From an uncultured Actinomycetes bacterium (GTDB lineage Bacteria; Actinomycetota; UBA4738; JBBDTT01), in contig CAVUMN010000003.1 of assembly GCA_963742735.1 (NCBI GenBank), positions 832,001-896,000 on the forward strand: a stretch of DNA of 64,000 nucleotides, in the 5' to 3' direction. The notes under the pieces were generated by a model that worked only from the letters and a program-made list of their open reading frames with translations, made no database searches and had not been told where the DNA came from. Numbering within the stretch: the stretch's first letter is position 1; every line of letters starts with the position of its first letter. Shown in pieces: positions 20,947 to 30,324 of the stretch. A program made the translations under genes and the position numbers.

Positions 20947-22419
20947 CCAGCCGCGTGGGCGCGCCGGTCCGGACGCGCCGGGCCGAACCTGCCCACCAGC
21001 CTCAAGGACCTCTCGCGCCCCGGCCGACGGGCGTCGAGTCTGCCGACCCCGGACGTCCCGGCGGTCGAGATCCCCGCGGAGCATCGCCGGGCCGAGCCGC
21101 CGCCGCTGCCCGAGGTGGGGGAGCGGGACCTGGTCCGCCACTTCACCCGGCTGGCCCAGATCAACTACGGCGTGGACACGGGCTTCTATCCGCTCGGGTC
21201 GTGCTCCATGAAGTACAACCCGAAGGTGGCCGAGGAGGTCGCGGGGCTGGCCGGGTTCCGCCGGCTGCACCCGCTGCAGCCCGAGTCGACGGTCCAGGGG
21301 GCGCTGGCCCTGATCCACGGGCTCGAGCAGCTGTTGTGCGAGATCACGGGGATGGCGCGGGCCACGTTCCAGCCCGCCGCGGGCGCGTCGGGCGAGCTCA
21401 CCGGCCTGCTGATCATGCGGGCTTTCCACACGAAGAACGGCGACGCCCGCCGCAAGATCGTGATCCCGGACTCGGCGCACGGCACCAACCCGGCGAGCGT
21501 GACCCTGGCCGGCTACGACACCGTCGAGGTGCCCAGCGACGCCCGCGGCCTGGTCGACCTGTCGGCGCTGGAGAAGATGGTCGACGACGGCGTGGCCGGG
21601 CTGATGATCACCAACCCGAACACCCTCGGCCTCTTCGAGGAGGACATCCTGGAGATCGCCCGGATCATCCACGAGGCCGGCGGGCTCCTGTACTACGACG
21701 GCGCGAACCTCAACGCGATCCAGGGCGTGGTCCGCCCCGGCGACATGGGCTTCGACATCGTCCACATGAACACGCACAAGACGTTCGCGACGCCGCACGG
21801 CGGGGGCGGACCTGGGGCGGGGCCGGTGGCGGTGGCCGAGCGGCTGGTGCCGTTCCTGCCGGCGCCGATCGTCGAGTACGACACCGTGTCCAACCGCCAC
21901 TACTTCGACCACGACCGTCCCGACGCGATCGGGCGGGTCCACGGGTTCCACGGGAACTTCGGGATCGTGGTCCGTGCCTACGCCTACGTCGTCGCCCACG
22001 GCTCGAACGGGCTGCGCGAGGTCGCCGAGCGCGCCGTGCTGAACGCCAACTACCTGGCCAAGAAGGTCACCGGCGCCTTCCCACTCGCGTTCTCGGGGCC
22101 GCCCATGCACGAGTTCGTCTCGACCGCGAAGCGCTTGAAGGTGCACGGCATCCGGGCCATGGACATCGCGAAGCGCCTGATCGACCTGGGCTTCCACCCC
22201 TCGACCGTGTACTTCCCGCTGATCGTCGAGGAGTGCCTGATGGTCGAGCCGACCGAGACCGAGTCGCGGGAGACCCTCGACGCGTTCGCGGAGGCGCTCC
22301 TGCAGGCCGCCCGCGAGGCGGCGGAGAACCCGGACCTGCTCCACGAGGCGCCGCTGACCGCGCCGGTCCGCCGCCTGGACGAGGCCCGCGCCGCCCGCCA
22401 CCTCAAGGTCCGCTGGTAG
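20943..22419 (+). CDS. gcvPB: Glycine dehydrogenase subunit 2 (5' frameshift)
   Basis: PLGSCSMKYNP, SAHGTNPAS, PLP-lysine HKTFATPHGGGGPG, EPTETE. Confidence 0.95.
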
Positions 22420-23052
22420 CCCGCGACCCGATCCGGGCCGTCGTCTTCGACCTCGACGGGGTTCTGATCGACTCCGAGCCGGTGTGGCGCGAGGTCGAGG
22501 CCGAGGTCGCCGAGGCGTTCGGGTTCACCTACTCGGACGAGCTGGCTATGCGCATGCACGGCCGCGGCGTCCAGGGCGTCGCCGACATCGTGGCCGAGCA
22601 GCTGAGCGATCCGCAACGCGCACAGGCGGCCGCGGAGTCGATGGTCGAACGGATGGTCGAGCGAGGCTCGAGGGGGCTGGTCCCGGTGATGCCCGGCGCG
22701 CGGGAGCTGATCGATGCGACTCCGGGGTTCCGTGAAGCTGGCGGTCGCATCGAATTCTGTTCGGCGGTACGTCGAGGGCTCGATCGCGAGCCTGGGCCCG
22801 TTCGACGCGGTGGTGGCCGGCGACGAGGTCGACCACCCGAAGCCGGCTCCGGACGTCTACCTGCGAACTGCGGAGCGGCTGGGGCTGGCGCCGGCGGCGT
22901 GCGTGGCCGTCGAGGACTCCCCGGTCGGGATCGAGTCCGCCACGGCGGCGGGGATGCGCATCGTGGCGATCGCCGGCCTCGGCGGCGACCTCGGGATGCC
23001 CGCCTTCGACTCGCTGGCGGCCCTCACCGCCGAGGACCTGCTCGGGGCCTAG
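22413..23052 (+). CDS. HAD-family phosphatase (frameshift near 22720; start uncertain)
   Basis: VFDLDGVLIDSE, ASNS, KPAPD, VEDS..G. Confidence 0.85.
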
Positions 23053-25814
23053 AGGATCGCGGAGCGCACCGGTACGCTGGCCTCGCGCAGCGCCCGGAGG
23101 ATCCGGTACACGAACGGGTGGCGCTCGACGTCCAGTCCGAGCGGGTTGGGGATCGTGAGGTACGCGGCGCCGGCGATCTGACGGACCGTCAGATTCTCGG
23201 CGCCGAAGTCCCGCAGGACGCCGGCCGCGCGGGCCGACCACGCGGCCGGGACGACGATCCGGATCGGCCGGCCGGGCCCGATCGGGGAGCGCGCCGAGGC
23301 CATGGCGGCGGCGACCGCCCGGGCCGCGATGGGGGAGGCCACGTCGGTGCCGTCCGCGAATGCGCCGACGGGGTAGGCGATGGCGTTGGCGAGAAGGAAC
23401 GAGGCGCCGTCGGTGTAGGCGCGGTAGTTGGGCTCGCTCGAGAACAGCAGGACCCGTCCGGCGCCGAGGGTCTCGTCCACGAGGGCGGCCGAGCCGGCCA
23501 GGGCGGCCTGGCCCTCCACGTAGCCCGACGACCAGAACTCCGGGGCGCGGGAGGGATACAGGCCGGCGTTGGTCCCGGTGACCGACGGCTCCAGGACGTC
23601 GTCGCCGAGCTGGTACCAGTAGGCCGTGGTGGGCGCCCCGAGGGTCAGCGGGCTGTTCGGCCCGAGCAGCACGCGGAACATGGTCCCCGGGACCTGGAGC
23701 TCGGGGGCGTCGCGGACCGCTGCGGTGGTGAACCCGGACTGGATCGCGAACCCCGTCCCGCCCGAGCCTCCCGGGCGGGCCGTGCCGACGTAGACGCCGC
23801 CGCCGGCGATCCACGATTCGATGACCGGCGTGGCCAACGTCAGCTCGGCGGTCTCGATCCCGGGGACCAGGAGCACGTCGGCCTCCGAGAGTGCCCCGAG
23901 CAGGATCTCGGCCCCGGTGACCGGCGTGTAGGGGACCTTCCACACCCGGTCGAGCAGGTATCGCAGGTGGCCGATGGACTCCCCCACCGCGATGGCGGCG
24001 CCGGCGGGGGCGGGCGGCGCGTACACCGCGATCCGGGGCTGGCGGAACCGCAGGCCCTCGGGGAACGTGCGCAGGGCGCGGACGTCGATGCGGCGCTCCC
24101 GGGCCAGGCGGCGCAGGGCCGGCGCCGCGTGGGCGCCCAGGACGACGAAGGACCCGCGGGGCAGGCCCGCCGCGGGCGCCTCGAGCCGCCGGACCGTGTG
24201 GCCGGTCCGGGCCAGCTCCCAGGCGGCGGCCATCGCCTCGCCGGTGTCGCCCGGGAACCCGAACGCCGCGGTGGTGACCGTGAGGCCGCGCACGGATCCG
24301 ACCGGCGCCGCGACGACGCGCTCGGCGCGCGGCCGAAGCCGGTCGCCCGTGAACCAGGCGGGCAGGTTCATCAGCAGCGGGTTCGACCAGGCGGTGACGT
24401 CGTAGAAGTAGGCGAACGGGGTGTACGGGTCCTCGCCGAGCAGCGCCTGGATCCACCGCTTCTGGGGCTGAGCCATGGGGATCCAGAACGAGCCGGCGGG
24501 GACCACGCCTCGCCGGGGGCCCCGCCCGTACGCGCGAAGGTTGGGGACCGACAGCGGCCGGCGCAGGCGATAGACCTCGACGCCGGTGGAGATGAGCCGC
24601 TCCACCAGGCGGGCCGCGTCCGGCCGGGACCGCTCGGGGCCGATGAAGTAGTGGCGAACGCGCGTCGGCGGGACGCGCCGGTCCACCACGTTGCCCGGCT
24701 CGTTGATGACGTTCGGCTCCAGGAAGCCGGCCCGGCCCTCCAGGTACGCCCGGGCGTGCGCCTGGTGCCAGTCGAGCAGGATCTGACGCTTGTTGAGGCC
24801 GGCCGTGAAGATCGAGGTCCATCCCGCGACGAACTGCTCGTCCTCGCGCTGGGCGTCGGTGTCGGCCGTGCCCTTCTCGAAGGTCATCCCGGCGGCGGTG
24901 AAGACGGTGGTGGGCACCGTGTCGCCGTAGCCCATGTAGAACAGGTCGTAGATGTCGTAGTTGAAGTAGCTCCACTCGGTGGGCGCCGTCGCGCGGCGGT
25001 CCTCGAAGGCCTTGGCCATGGCCGGGCCGTACAGCTCGTTGATCCAGCGGAGGCTCTCCGGGCTGATCTCGTGGTGGATGGGGTCCGCGTTGGGCGGGAA
25101 GAAGAAGTCGCTGCTGCCCATCTCGTGGGCGTCGATGAACAGCACGGGAGGGAATCGCATCAGCAGGTCGAGCTTCCCGTCGGTCTCCGGCTGGGTGCGG
25201 GCGAACCAGTCCCGGTTCATGTCGAAGCCGTAGGCGTTCTCGCGGCTGGCGGCGTCGCGGCCGTCGGGGTTCTGCGTGGGGATGATGCCGACGATCAGGT
25301 CGGTGATGGTGTGCTCGACGTCGCAGTACCGGCCGGCGGCCAGCTCGTACAGGAGGTGGATCGCGGCGTCCGCGCCGGAGGCCTCGTTGCCGTGGACGTT
25401 GCCGGTGTACCAGACGATCGCGGGGGTGGTGGAGGCGATGGCCGCGGCTTCCCGGGGCGTGGTCCGGCGGGGGTCCCGCAGGCGCTGCAGCCGGGCCACG
25501 ATCGAGTCGAGGTCCGCCATGTTCGGCCGCAAGGAGACCAGCGCGTACTTCAGGGGCGTCCCGTTCCACGAGCTGGCGAACGTGCCGGCCCGGACGCGGT
25601 CGCTGGTCGCCGCCACCGCGTCGACGTAGTCGTTGAGCTCGGAGGTCAGCGCCCGCCGGAGCGGGAACCCGGGGATCGCCTCGGAGGGGGAGGGGATGGT
25701 GTCGTCGTAGGTGGGCGTCGTGATGCAGGTGTGGGCCGTCGCCGGAGGCGGCGCGGCAAGGAGCAGGCACAGGGCGGCCGCGATCAGGGCCTGGAGGGAA
25801 CGGGCGGGTCGCAT
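23049..25814 (-). CDS. Secreted M14 zinc carboxypeptidase
   Basis: Signal peptide; HGNE, NPDG, DMNRD, DAHEM. Confidence 0.88.
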   Translation of the reverse strand: MRPARSLQALIAAALCLLLAAPPPATAHTCITTPTYDDTIPSPSEAIPGFPLRRALTSELNDYVDAVAATSDRVRAGTFASSWNGTPLKYALVSLRPNMADLDSIVARLQRLRDPRRTTPREAAAIASTTPAIVWYTGNVHGNEASGADAAIHLLYELAAGRYCDVEHTITDLIVGIIPTQNPDGRDAASRENAYGFDMNRDWFARTQPETDGKLDLLMRFPPVLFIDAHEMGSSDFFFPPNADPIHHEISPESLRWINELYGPAMAKAFEDRRATAPTEWSYFNYDIYDLFYMGYGDTVPTTVFTAAGMTFEKGTADTDAQREDEQFVAGWTSIFTAGLNKRQILLDWHQAHARAYLEGRAGFLEPNVINEPGNVVDRRVPPTRVRHYFIGPERSRPDAARLVERLISTGVEVYRLRRPLSVPNLRAYGRGPRRGVVPAGSFWIPMAQPQKRWIQALLGEDPYTPFAYFYDVTAWSNPLLMNLPAWFTGDRLRPRAERVVAAPVGSVRGLTVTTAAFGFPGDTGEAMAAAWELARTGHTVRRLEAPAAGLPRGSFVVLGAHAAPALRRLARERRIDVRALRTFPEGLRFRQPRIAVYAPPAPAGAAIAVGESIGHLRYLLDRVWKVPYTPVTGAEILLGALSEADVLLVPGIETAELTLATPVIESWIAGGGVYVGTARPGGSGGTGFAIQSGFTTAAVRDAPELQVPGTMFRVLLGPNSPLTLGAPTTAYWYQLGDDVLEPSVTGTNAGLYPSRAPEFWSSGYVEGQAALAGSAALVDETLGAGRVLLFSSEPNYRAYTDGASFLLANAIAYPVGAFADGTDVASPIAARAVAAAMASARSPIGPGRPIRIVVPAAWSARAAGVLRDFGAENLTVRQIAGAAYLTIPNPLGLDVERHPFVYRILRALREASVPVRSAIL

Positions 25815-25834
25815 GGGTGGTCTAGGGTTTCGCC

Positions 25835-26653
25835 GTGCTCCGCGCCGACTCCTATGGGCCCGTCACGCGCATCGACCTCACCGCGGGGCCGGCCGAGGGC
25901 GTCCGGTGGAGCGCGTGCTACCTGGTGGACGGGATCCTGTTCGACGCGGCGATGCATCACGGCCGAGCCGAGCTCGCGGCGTTCCTGGACGGCCGCGCCG
26001 GGACCGTCGCCCTCACCCACTGTCACGAGGACCACGCGGGGGGCGCGTCGGCCCTCGCCGGGGACGGCGTGCAGGTGCTGGCGCCGGCGAGCCACCTGGG
26101 CCTGCTCGCGCAGCCGGAGGACCTTCCGCTCATGCGGGAGGCGGTGTGGGGCCGGCCGGAACCGGTCGCCGGAGCGCCGCTGCCGGACGCGCTCGTCGAG
26201 GCCGGCCGCCGGTACGAGGTCGTGCCCACGCCGGGCCACTGCCCGCAGCACGTGGCCTTCGTTCACCGCGACGAGGGGTGGGTGTTCGCCGGCGACCTGA
26301 TCGCCGCGACGGAGCCCCGGCTGGCCCGGGCCGAGGAGGACCTGCCGGCAGCCGTCGCCTCGCTGCGGGCGGTGGCCGCGCTGGGCCCCGAGCGGCTGTT
26401 CCCGGCCCACCTGCCGGTCCCGGAGCGTCCCCTGGAGCCGATCGAGCGCCTGCTGGGGTACCTGGAGGACCGCGCGGCCGAGGCCAAGGCCCTGGCCGGC
26501 GCGGGCGCCTCGGAGGCGGAGATCGTCGAGCGGATGTTCGGCGGCGAGCACGTCTGGAGCCGCGCCCCGGCCGGCTCCCCCGTGACCGCGAGCGATATGA
26601 CCGGAGGGGACTTCTCGACCCTGAACCTGGTACGCGGGCTGCTGGACCTCTAG
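25835..26653 (+). CDS. MBL-fold metallo-hydrolase
   Basis: THCHEDHAGG, TPGH, FAGD, PAH. Confidence 0.88.
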   Translation: MLRADSYGPVTRIDLTAGPAEGVRWSACYLVDGILFDAAMHHGRAELAAFLDGRAGTVALTHCHEDHAGGASALAGDGVQVLAPASHLGLLAQPEDLPLMREAVWGRPEPVAGAPLPDALVEAGRRYEVVPTPGHCPQHVAFVHRDEGWVFAGDLIAATEPRLARAEEDLPAAVASLRAVAALGPERLFPAHLPVPERPLEPIERLLGYLEDRAAEAKALAGAGASEAEIVERMFGGEHVWSRAPAGSPVTASDMTGGDFSTLNLVRGLLDL

Positions 26654-26844
26654 CTCGAACGTACGTGCGACCCGCGCGGCCGGCCGGGGGAGCGGGCTCG
26701 GCGCCTCGCGATCGCGTCGAGCCGGGCGGGGGGTTTCGACCAAGCTGCCGCGCAGCGCACGTGCCGCGGCGGACGGGCGACCCGTGTTTTCCATGCCGAG
26801 GGGCTCCGGGGGCCGGAATGGCCAGGGGGTGCTCATTCCTGACT

Positions 26845-26872
26845 ACTTACCGTAATGGTGGTTATCGGGAGT
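26845..26872 (-). other. dif: Putative dif (XerC/XerD) chromosome dimer resolution site
   Basis: Minus strand ACTCCCGATAA-CCACCA-TTACGGTAAGT: 11-6-11 layout with TAA/TTA inner arms; lies between convergent genes. Confidence 0.7.
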
Positions 26873-26882
26873 TAGGGGGTGC

Positions 26883-27350
26883 TCACGAGAAGGGCTTGGT
26901 GACCATCACGAAGATGATCGCCACCCACAGCCCCAGGTCGAACACCACGATCGCGCGGCGGACCGGGGTGCGGGTCAGCAGCGAGGTCAGCTCGGGGTTC
27001 ATGGCGTCGTCGGGGCTGGCCTCGGCGGCCTCGAGGATCTTCTTGCTCCGGGGTCCCCAGTAGGCGATTCCCATGGCCATGAGGCCGGCGAACAGGACGT
27101 AGGCGAGGATCAGCCACGTCTGGGTGAGGTCCAGGTTTCCGTTGATCGCGGTGATGATCCCGAGGATCAACCCGAGGATCACGATCGGGATGGCGATGCC
27201 GTCGAGCTTCTGGGCCGCCTGGTAGACCCGCCGGATGGCCCGGACGTCCCGGGAGCCCTCGACGTGGAAGCAGTAGGCCTCCCCGCCCACGAACAGGCTC
27301 GCGGCGGTGAACATCGCCAGGATGTGCGCGAACTTCAGGAGCTCGTACAT
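26883..27350 (-). CDS. DUF2269-like membrane protein
   Basis: MYELLKFAHILA..., WL...Y, ends FVMVTKPF; four TM segments. Confidence 0.75.
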   Translation of the reverse strand: MYELLKFAHILAMFTAASLFVGGEAYCFHVEGSRDVRAIRRVYQAAQKLDGIAIPIVILGLILGIITAINGNLDLTQTWLILAYVLFAGLMAMGIAYWGPRSKKILEAAEASPDDAMNPELTSLLTRTPVRRAIVVFDLGLWVAIIFVMVTKPFS

Positions 27351-27364
27351 CGCTCTCCCTTCAC

Positions 27365-29614
27365 TCAGGCGGCCCGGAACCGGTCCCGCCAGGCCCAGCG
27401 GGCCACCTTCAGCATCGCCTCGACGATGATGCCCCGGCTGATCTTCGAGACGCCGTGCTCGCGTTCGCGGAACGTGATCGGGACCTCGGCGACGGAGTAT
27501 CCACGGCGCCAAGCCCGGTACGCCAACTCGACCTGGAAGCCGTAGCCCCCGGAGGTGATCCCGCCGGCCAGCAGGTCCTGCAGGACGGTGCTCCGGTACG
27601 CGCGGTAACCGCTGGTGGCGTCGCGCAGGGGGAGTCGAAGGAGCGTCCGGGCGTACAGGTTGCCCCCCTTGGACAGGAGGACCCTCCCCCGGCTCCAGTT
27701 CGTCACCGCTCCCCCGGGCACGTACCGGGAGCCGATGACGACGTCGTGCTCGGCAGCCGCCTCGAGCAGGCGAGGCAGCTCCTCCGGCTGGTGGGACAGG
27801 TCCGCGTCCATCTCGACGATCACGTCGAAGCCCTCCTCCAGGCCCACCCGGAACCCCTCCTTGTAGGCCCCGGCCAGCCCCCGCTCCCCCTCTCGCGCCA
27901 GCAGCCGGACCCGCGGTTCGCCGTCCGCCAGCCCCGCCACGATCACCCCCGTCCCGTCCGGCGAGCCGTCGTCGACCACCAGGACCTGCACCCGGGGGTC
28001 GGCGGCCAGCACCCGGGTCACGACGTCCCGGATCGTGTCGCGCTCCTCGTAGGTGGGCAGGACCACGAGCGCCCAGCGCAGGTCGAGCGGCCCGGCGGGC
28101 TCGCGCCGGCTTCGGCGGGCCGGGGCGAACGCGAACGCCACGGCCACGCCCAGGCCGCACAGCAGCGGGAACCAGTCCCCGAACCGCGTGTAGATGGTGT
28201 GGCCCTCGATCCGGGGGATCTCCCGGCGCAGGACCGCCGGCTCGAACAGCTCGGTGGTCGCGACGACCTCCCCCCGAGGCGAGATGAACGCGCTGATCCC
28301 CGACAGCGCCGCATGGGCGATCCACCGGCCGTTCTCCGCGGCGCGGACCTGGCTGAGCGCCACGTGCTGGCGCGACAGCGCGGTGCGGCCGAACGTCGCG
28401 TTGTTGGTGCTGACGACGAGGAACGCCGGGGTGAAGGCCTCCTCTCGCTGGTTCACCGCACGGCGAACGAGGTCCGGGAACGAGTTCTCGAAGCAGATCA
28501 CGCTGGTGAAGCGCAGCCCCGGCCCCGCGTCCGCGGTCCCGAACATGACCGGCCCCTCCCCCGGCGCCATGTCCCGTGGGATGAGGGCCAGCTCCTTGAT
28601 GAACCCCAGCCGCTCCCGGAACGGCACGTACTCCCCGTACGGGACCGGCTTCTGCTTGCGGTACCGCTCCACCACGCCCCGCCCGGGCAGGTAGAAGTCG
28701 TTCTCGTTGGAGAACCGGCCGTCGGGGGCGTCGGTGATCGCCCCGATCAGGGTCGGAACTCCCACCTCCCCCACCGACGCGTCGATGAGCGCGGCGAGGT
28801 CCGGATTCGTGCTCGGATCACGGTCGATCGAGTTCTCCGGCCAGACGGCCAAATCGGGCGGAACGGACGCGAGAGTCAGGTGCAGGCGGGCGTGGTTCTG
28901 CGCCACCACCTGATCCTCGTAGAACCGGTCGAACAGGTGCCGCTCGGGGGCGTTGCCCTGCACGATCGCCACGTCCACGGGCGGGCTGTCGCCGGGCTCC
29001 AGCACCGGGATCAGGGCCGGGGCGACGGCGATGACGCCCGCGATCCCCAGGGCGAGGATCTTGCCCCTCCGCTCCCCCGTTCCGAAGGCCGCGACGATCG
29101 CCGCGTTGGCGAAGGCGACCACGAAGGAGATGCCCCACACGCCGGTCACCGACGCCAGCGGCAGGAGCAGCGGGTTGTCGTGCTGGGTGGTCCCCAGGGT
29201 CCCCCACGTGTAGCCGCCGGCCGGGAGGAAGGAGCGGATCAGCTCCATGACCGTCCACCACGCCGCGACGGCCAGGGCCGAGCGGACCGGCCGGTCGTCG
29301 TGCCACAGGGCCGGGACCAGGAACCCGAAGCCGGCGTAGGCCAGGGTGTAGGTCAGCGAGACCGGGAGCCAGCCGACCAGCCCGACCGTCTGGAAGATCC
29401 ACCAGGAGACCGCGCCGACGTAGGCCACCCCGAAGACGTAGCCGAGGAGGGCGGCCCGCCGCGGCCGGACGTCCTTGGTCAGCCAGATGATGGGGGCGGC
29501 GCCGACGAAGGCCAGCGGTCCGAGCTCGGCGGGCGGCAGGGCGAGGGACAGGAGCGCGCCGCTCACGGCGGCGATCGGGAGGGCGAAGGGGAGGGACGGA
29601 GCTCGGCCGCTCAG
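27365..29614 (-). CDS. lnt: Fused apolipoprotein N-acyltransferase / polyprenol-phosphate mannosyltransferase (Lnt-Ppm1); start uncertain
   Basis: WPE, YRKQKPVPYGE, ICFE nitrilase triad; then PTYEE, VDDGSPDGT, MDADLSH GT2 domain. Confidence 0.92.
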   Translation of the reverse strand: MSGRAPSLPFALPIAAVSGALLSLALPPAELGPLAFVGAAPIIWLTKDVRPRRAALLGYVFGVAYVGAVSWWIFQTVGLVGWLPVSLTYTLAYAGFGFLVPALWHDDRPVRSALAVAAWWTVMELIRSFLPAGGYTWGTLGTTQHDNPLLLPLASVTGVWGISFVVAFANAAIVAAFGTGERRGKILALGIAGVIAVAPALIPVLEPGDSPPVDVAIVQGNAPERHLFDRFYEDQVVAQNHARLHLTLASVPPDLAVWPENSIDRDPSTNPDLAALIDASVGEVGVPTLIGAITDAPDGRFSNENDFYLPGRGVVERYRKQKPVPYGEYVPFRERLGFIKELALIPRDMAPGEGPVMFGTADAGPGLRFTSVICFENSFPDLVRRAVNQREEAFTPAFLVVSTNNATFGRTALSRQHVALSQVRAAENGRWIAHAALSGISAFISPRGEVVATTELFEPAVLRREIPRIEGHTIYTRFGDWFPLLCGLGVAVAFAFAPARRSRREPAGPLDLRWALVVLPTYEERDTIRDVVTRVLAADPRVQVLVVDDGSPDGTGVIVAGLADGEPRVRLLAREGERGLAGAYKEGFRVGLEEGFDVIVEMDADLSHQPEELPRLLEAAAEHDVVIGSRYVPGGAVTNWSRGRVLLSKGGNLYARTLLRLPLRDATSGYRAYRSTVLQDLLAGGITSGGYGFQVELAYRAWRRGYSVAEVPITFREREHGVSKISRGIIVEAMLKVARWAWRDRFRAA

Positions 29615-29943
29615 GCGCAGTCGACGCAGAACATCCGCCGCTTGTCGGCCAGCTGGCTGCGGTGCTTCACCAGGAAGCAGTTCTTGCACGTGAACTCGTT
29701 GGCCTGAAGCGGGACCACCTTGACGGCCAGAGGCTCGACCCGCTCGTCCCGCTCGAGGGTGAGCAGCGACTCGTCGTCCTCTTCCTCGGGGACCTTCTCT
29801 TCGGGGGCCCGCTTGGCGAGCAGCTCGTCCAGGCTCGACTCGACCGCCTCGCCCTCGACGGGCTCGGGCACGACGACGGCCTCGGCGTCCTCTTCGTCGT
29901 CGTCCTCGACCTCGGCGTCCTCGATCAGCTCTTCGTCTTCCAC
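29611..29943 (-). CDS. DUF4193 family protein
   Basis: Acidic N-terminus; VVPLQANEFTCKNCFLVKHRSQLA...CVDC. Confidence 0.88.
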   Translation of the reverse strand: MEDEELIEDAEVEDDDEEDAEAVVVPEPVEGEAVESSLDELLAKRAPEEKVPEEEDDESLLTLERDERVEPLAVKVVPLQANEFTCKNCFLVKHRSQLADKRRMFCVDCA

Positions 29944-29977
29944 GGTCCCCTCGCTCGGCCCGGTTCGGCGGTTGCGC

Positions 29978-30005
29978 ATTGTACGCCTCGCCACAGCCCT
30001 GTAAA
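29978..30005 (-). promoter_or_regulatory. Promoter TTTACA-16-TACAAT for the DUF4193-lnt operon
   Basis: Near-consensus hexamers on the minus strand. Confidence 0.6.
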
Positions 30006-30045
30006 CCCCTGGGGGAACGCCGCGGCGGAAGAAAGAATTCCCGGC

Positions 30046-30152
30046 GAAGAGAAAGGACCCAAGAGACCGTTGGGGCCGCAGCGCCGGGGCGCTGCGTTCT
30101 CTACTAGGCCTCTTGGGTCCTATCGCTCCGTCGGTGCGGGGGTTCCGGCGGC
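30046..30152 (-). ncRNA. Candidate small RNA (stem-bubble-stem ending in a U-rich tract)
   Basis: Own promoter upstream; 12-bp perfect inverted repeat 30054-30065/30110-30121; inner 8-bp stem; TTCTCTT tail; no ORF. Confidence 0.5.
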
Positions 30153-30158
30153 GGCGCG

Positions 30159-30188
30159 ACTGTACGCCCGCCCGCGGCGGCGTGTCAA
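30159..30188 (-). promoter_or_regulatory. Promoter TTGACA-18-TACAGT
   Basis: Consensus -35 at 30183-30188 and -10 at 30159-30164. Confidence 0.65.
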
Positions 30189-30221
30189 TGAGCGGATCCG
30201 TGCTCAAGCACGGAATCCCTC

Positions 30222-30246
30222 AACCCTTTATCGCAGGTTGAGGGTT
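30222..30246. promoter_or_regulatory. FtsR-like operator AACCCTTTATCGCAGGTTGAGGGTT
   Basis: ACCCTT-N11-GAGGGT, same geometry as the 14629-14651 palindrome. Confidence 0.55.
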
Positions 30247-30324
30247 CGTGCTCGCTCCGTGCTCAGCCCAGCGCGACCCGGGCGATCCTTGGGCCTGTCG
30301 GTCCCCGGGGGTATGCTGCGGCTC

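Noticed and set aside
19629-26300. 2223-aa ORF in the ORF track
   Set aside because: Artefact: gcvPA runs off-frame through gcvPB, the HAD gene and the antisense of the M14 peptidase in stop-poor high-GC DNA.
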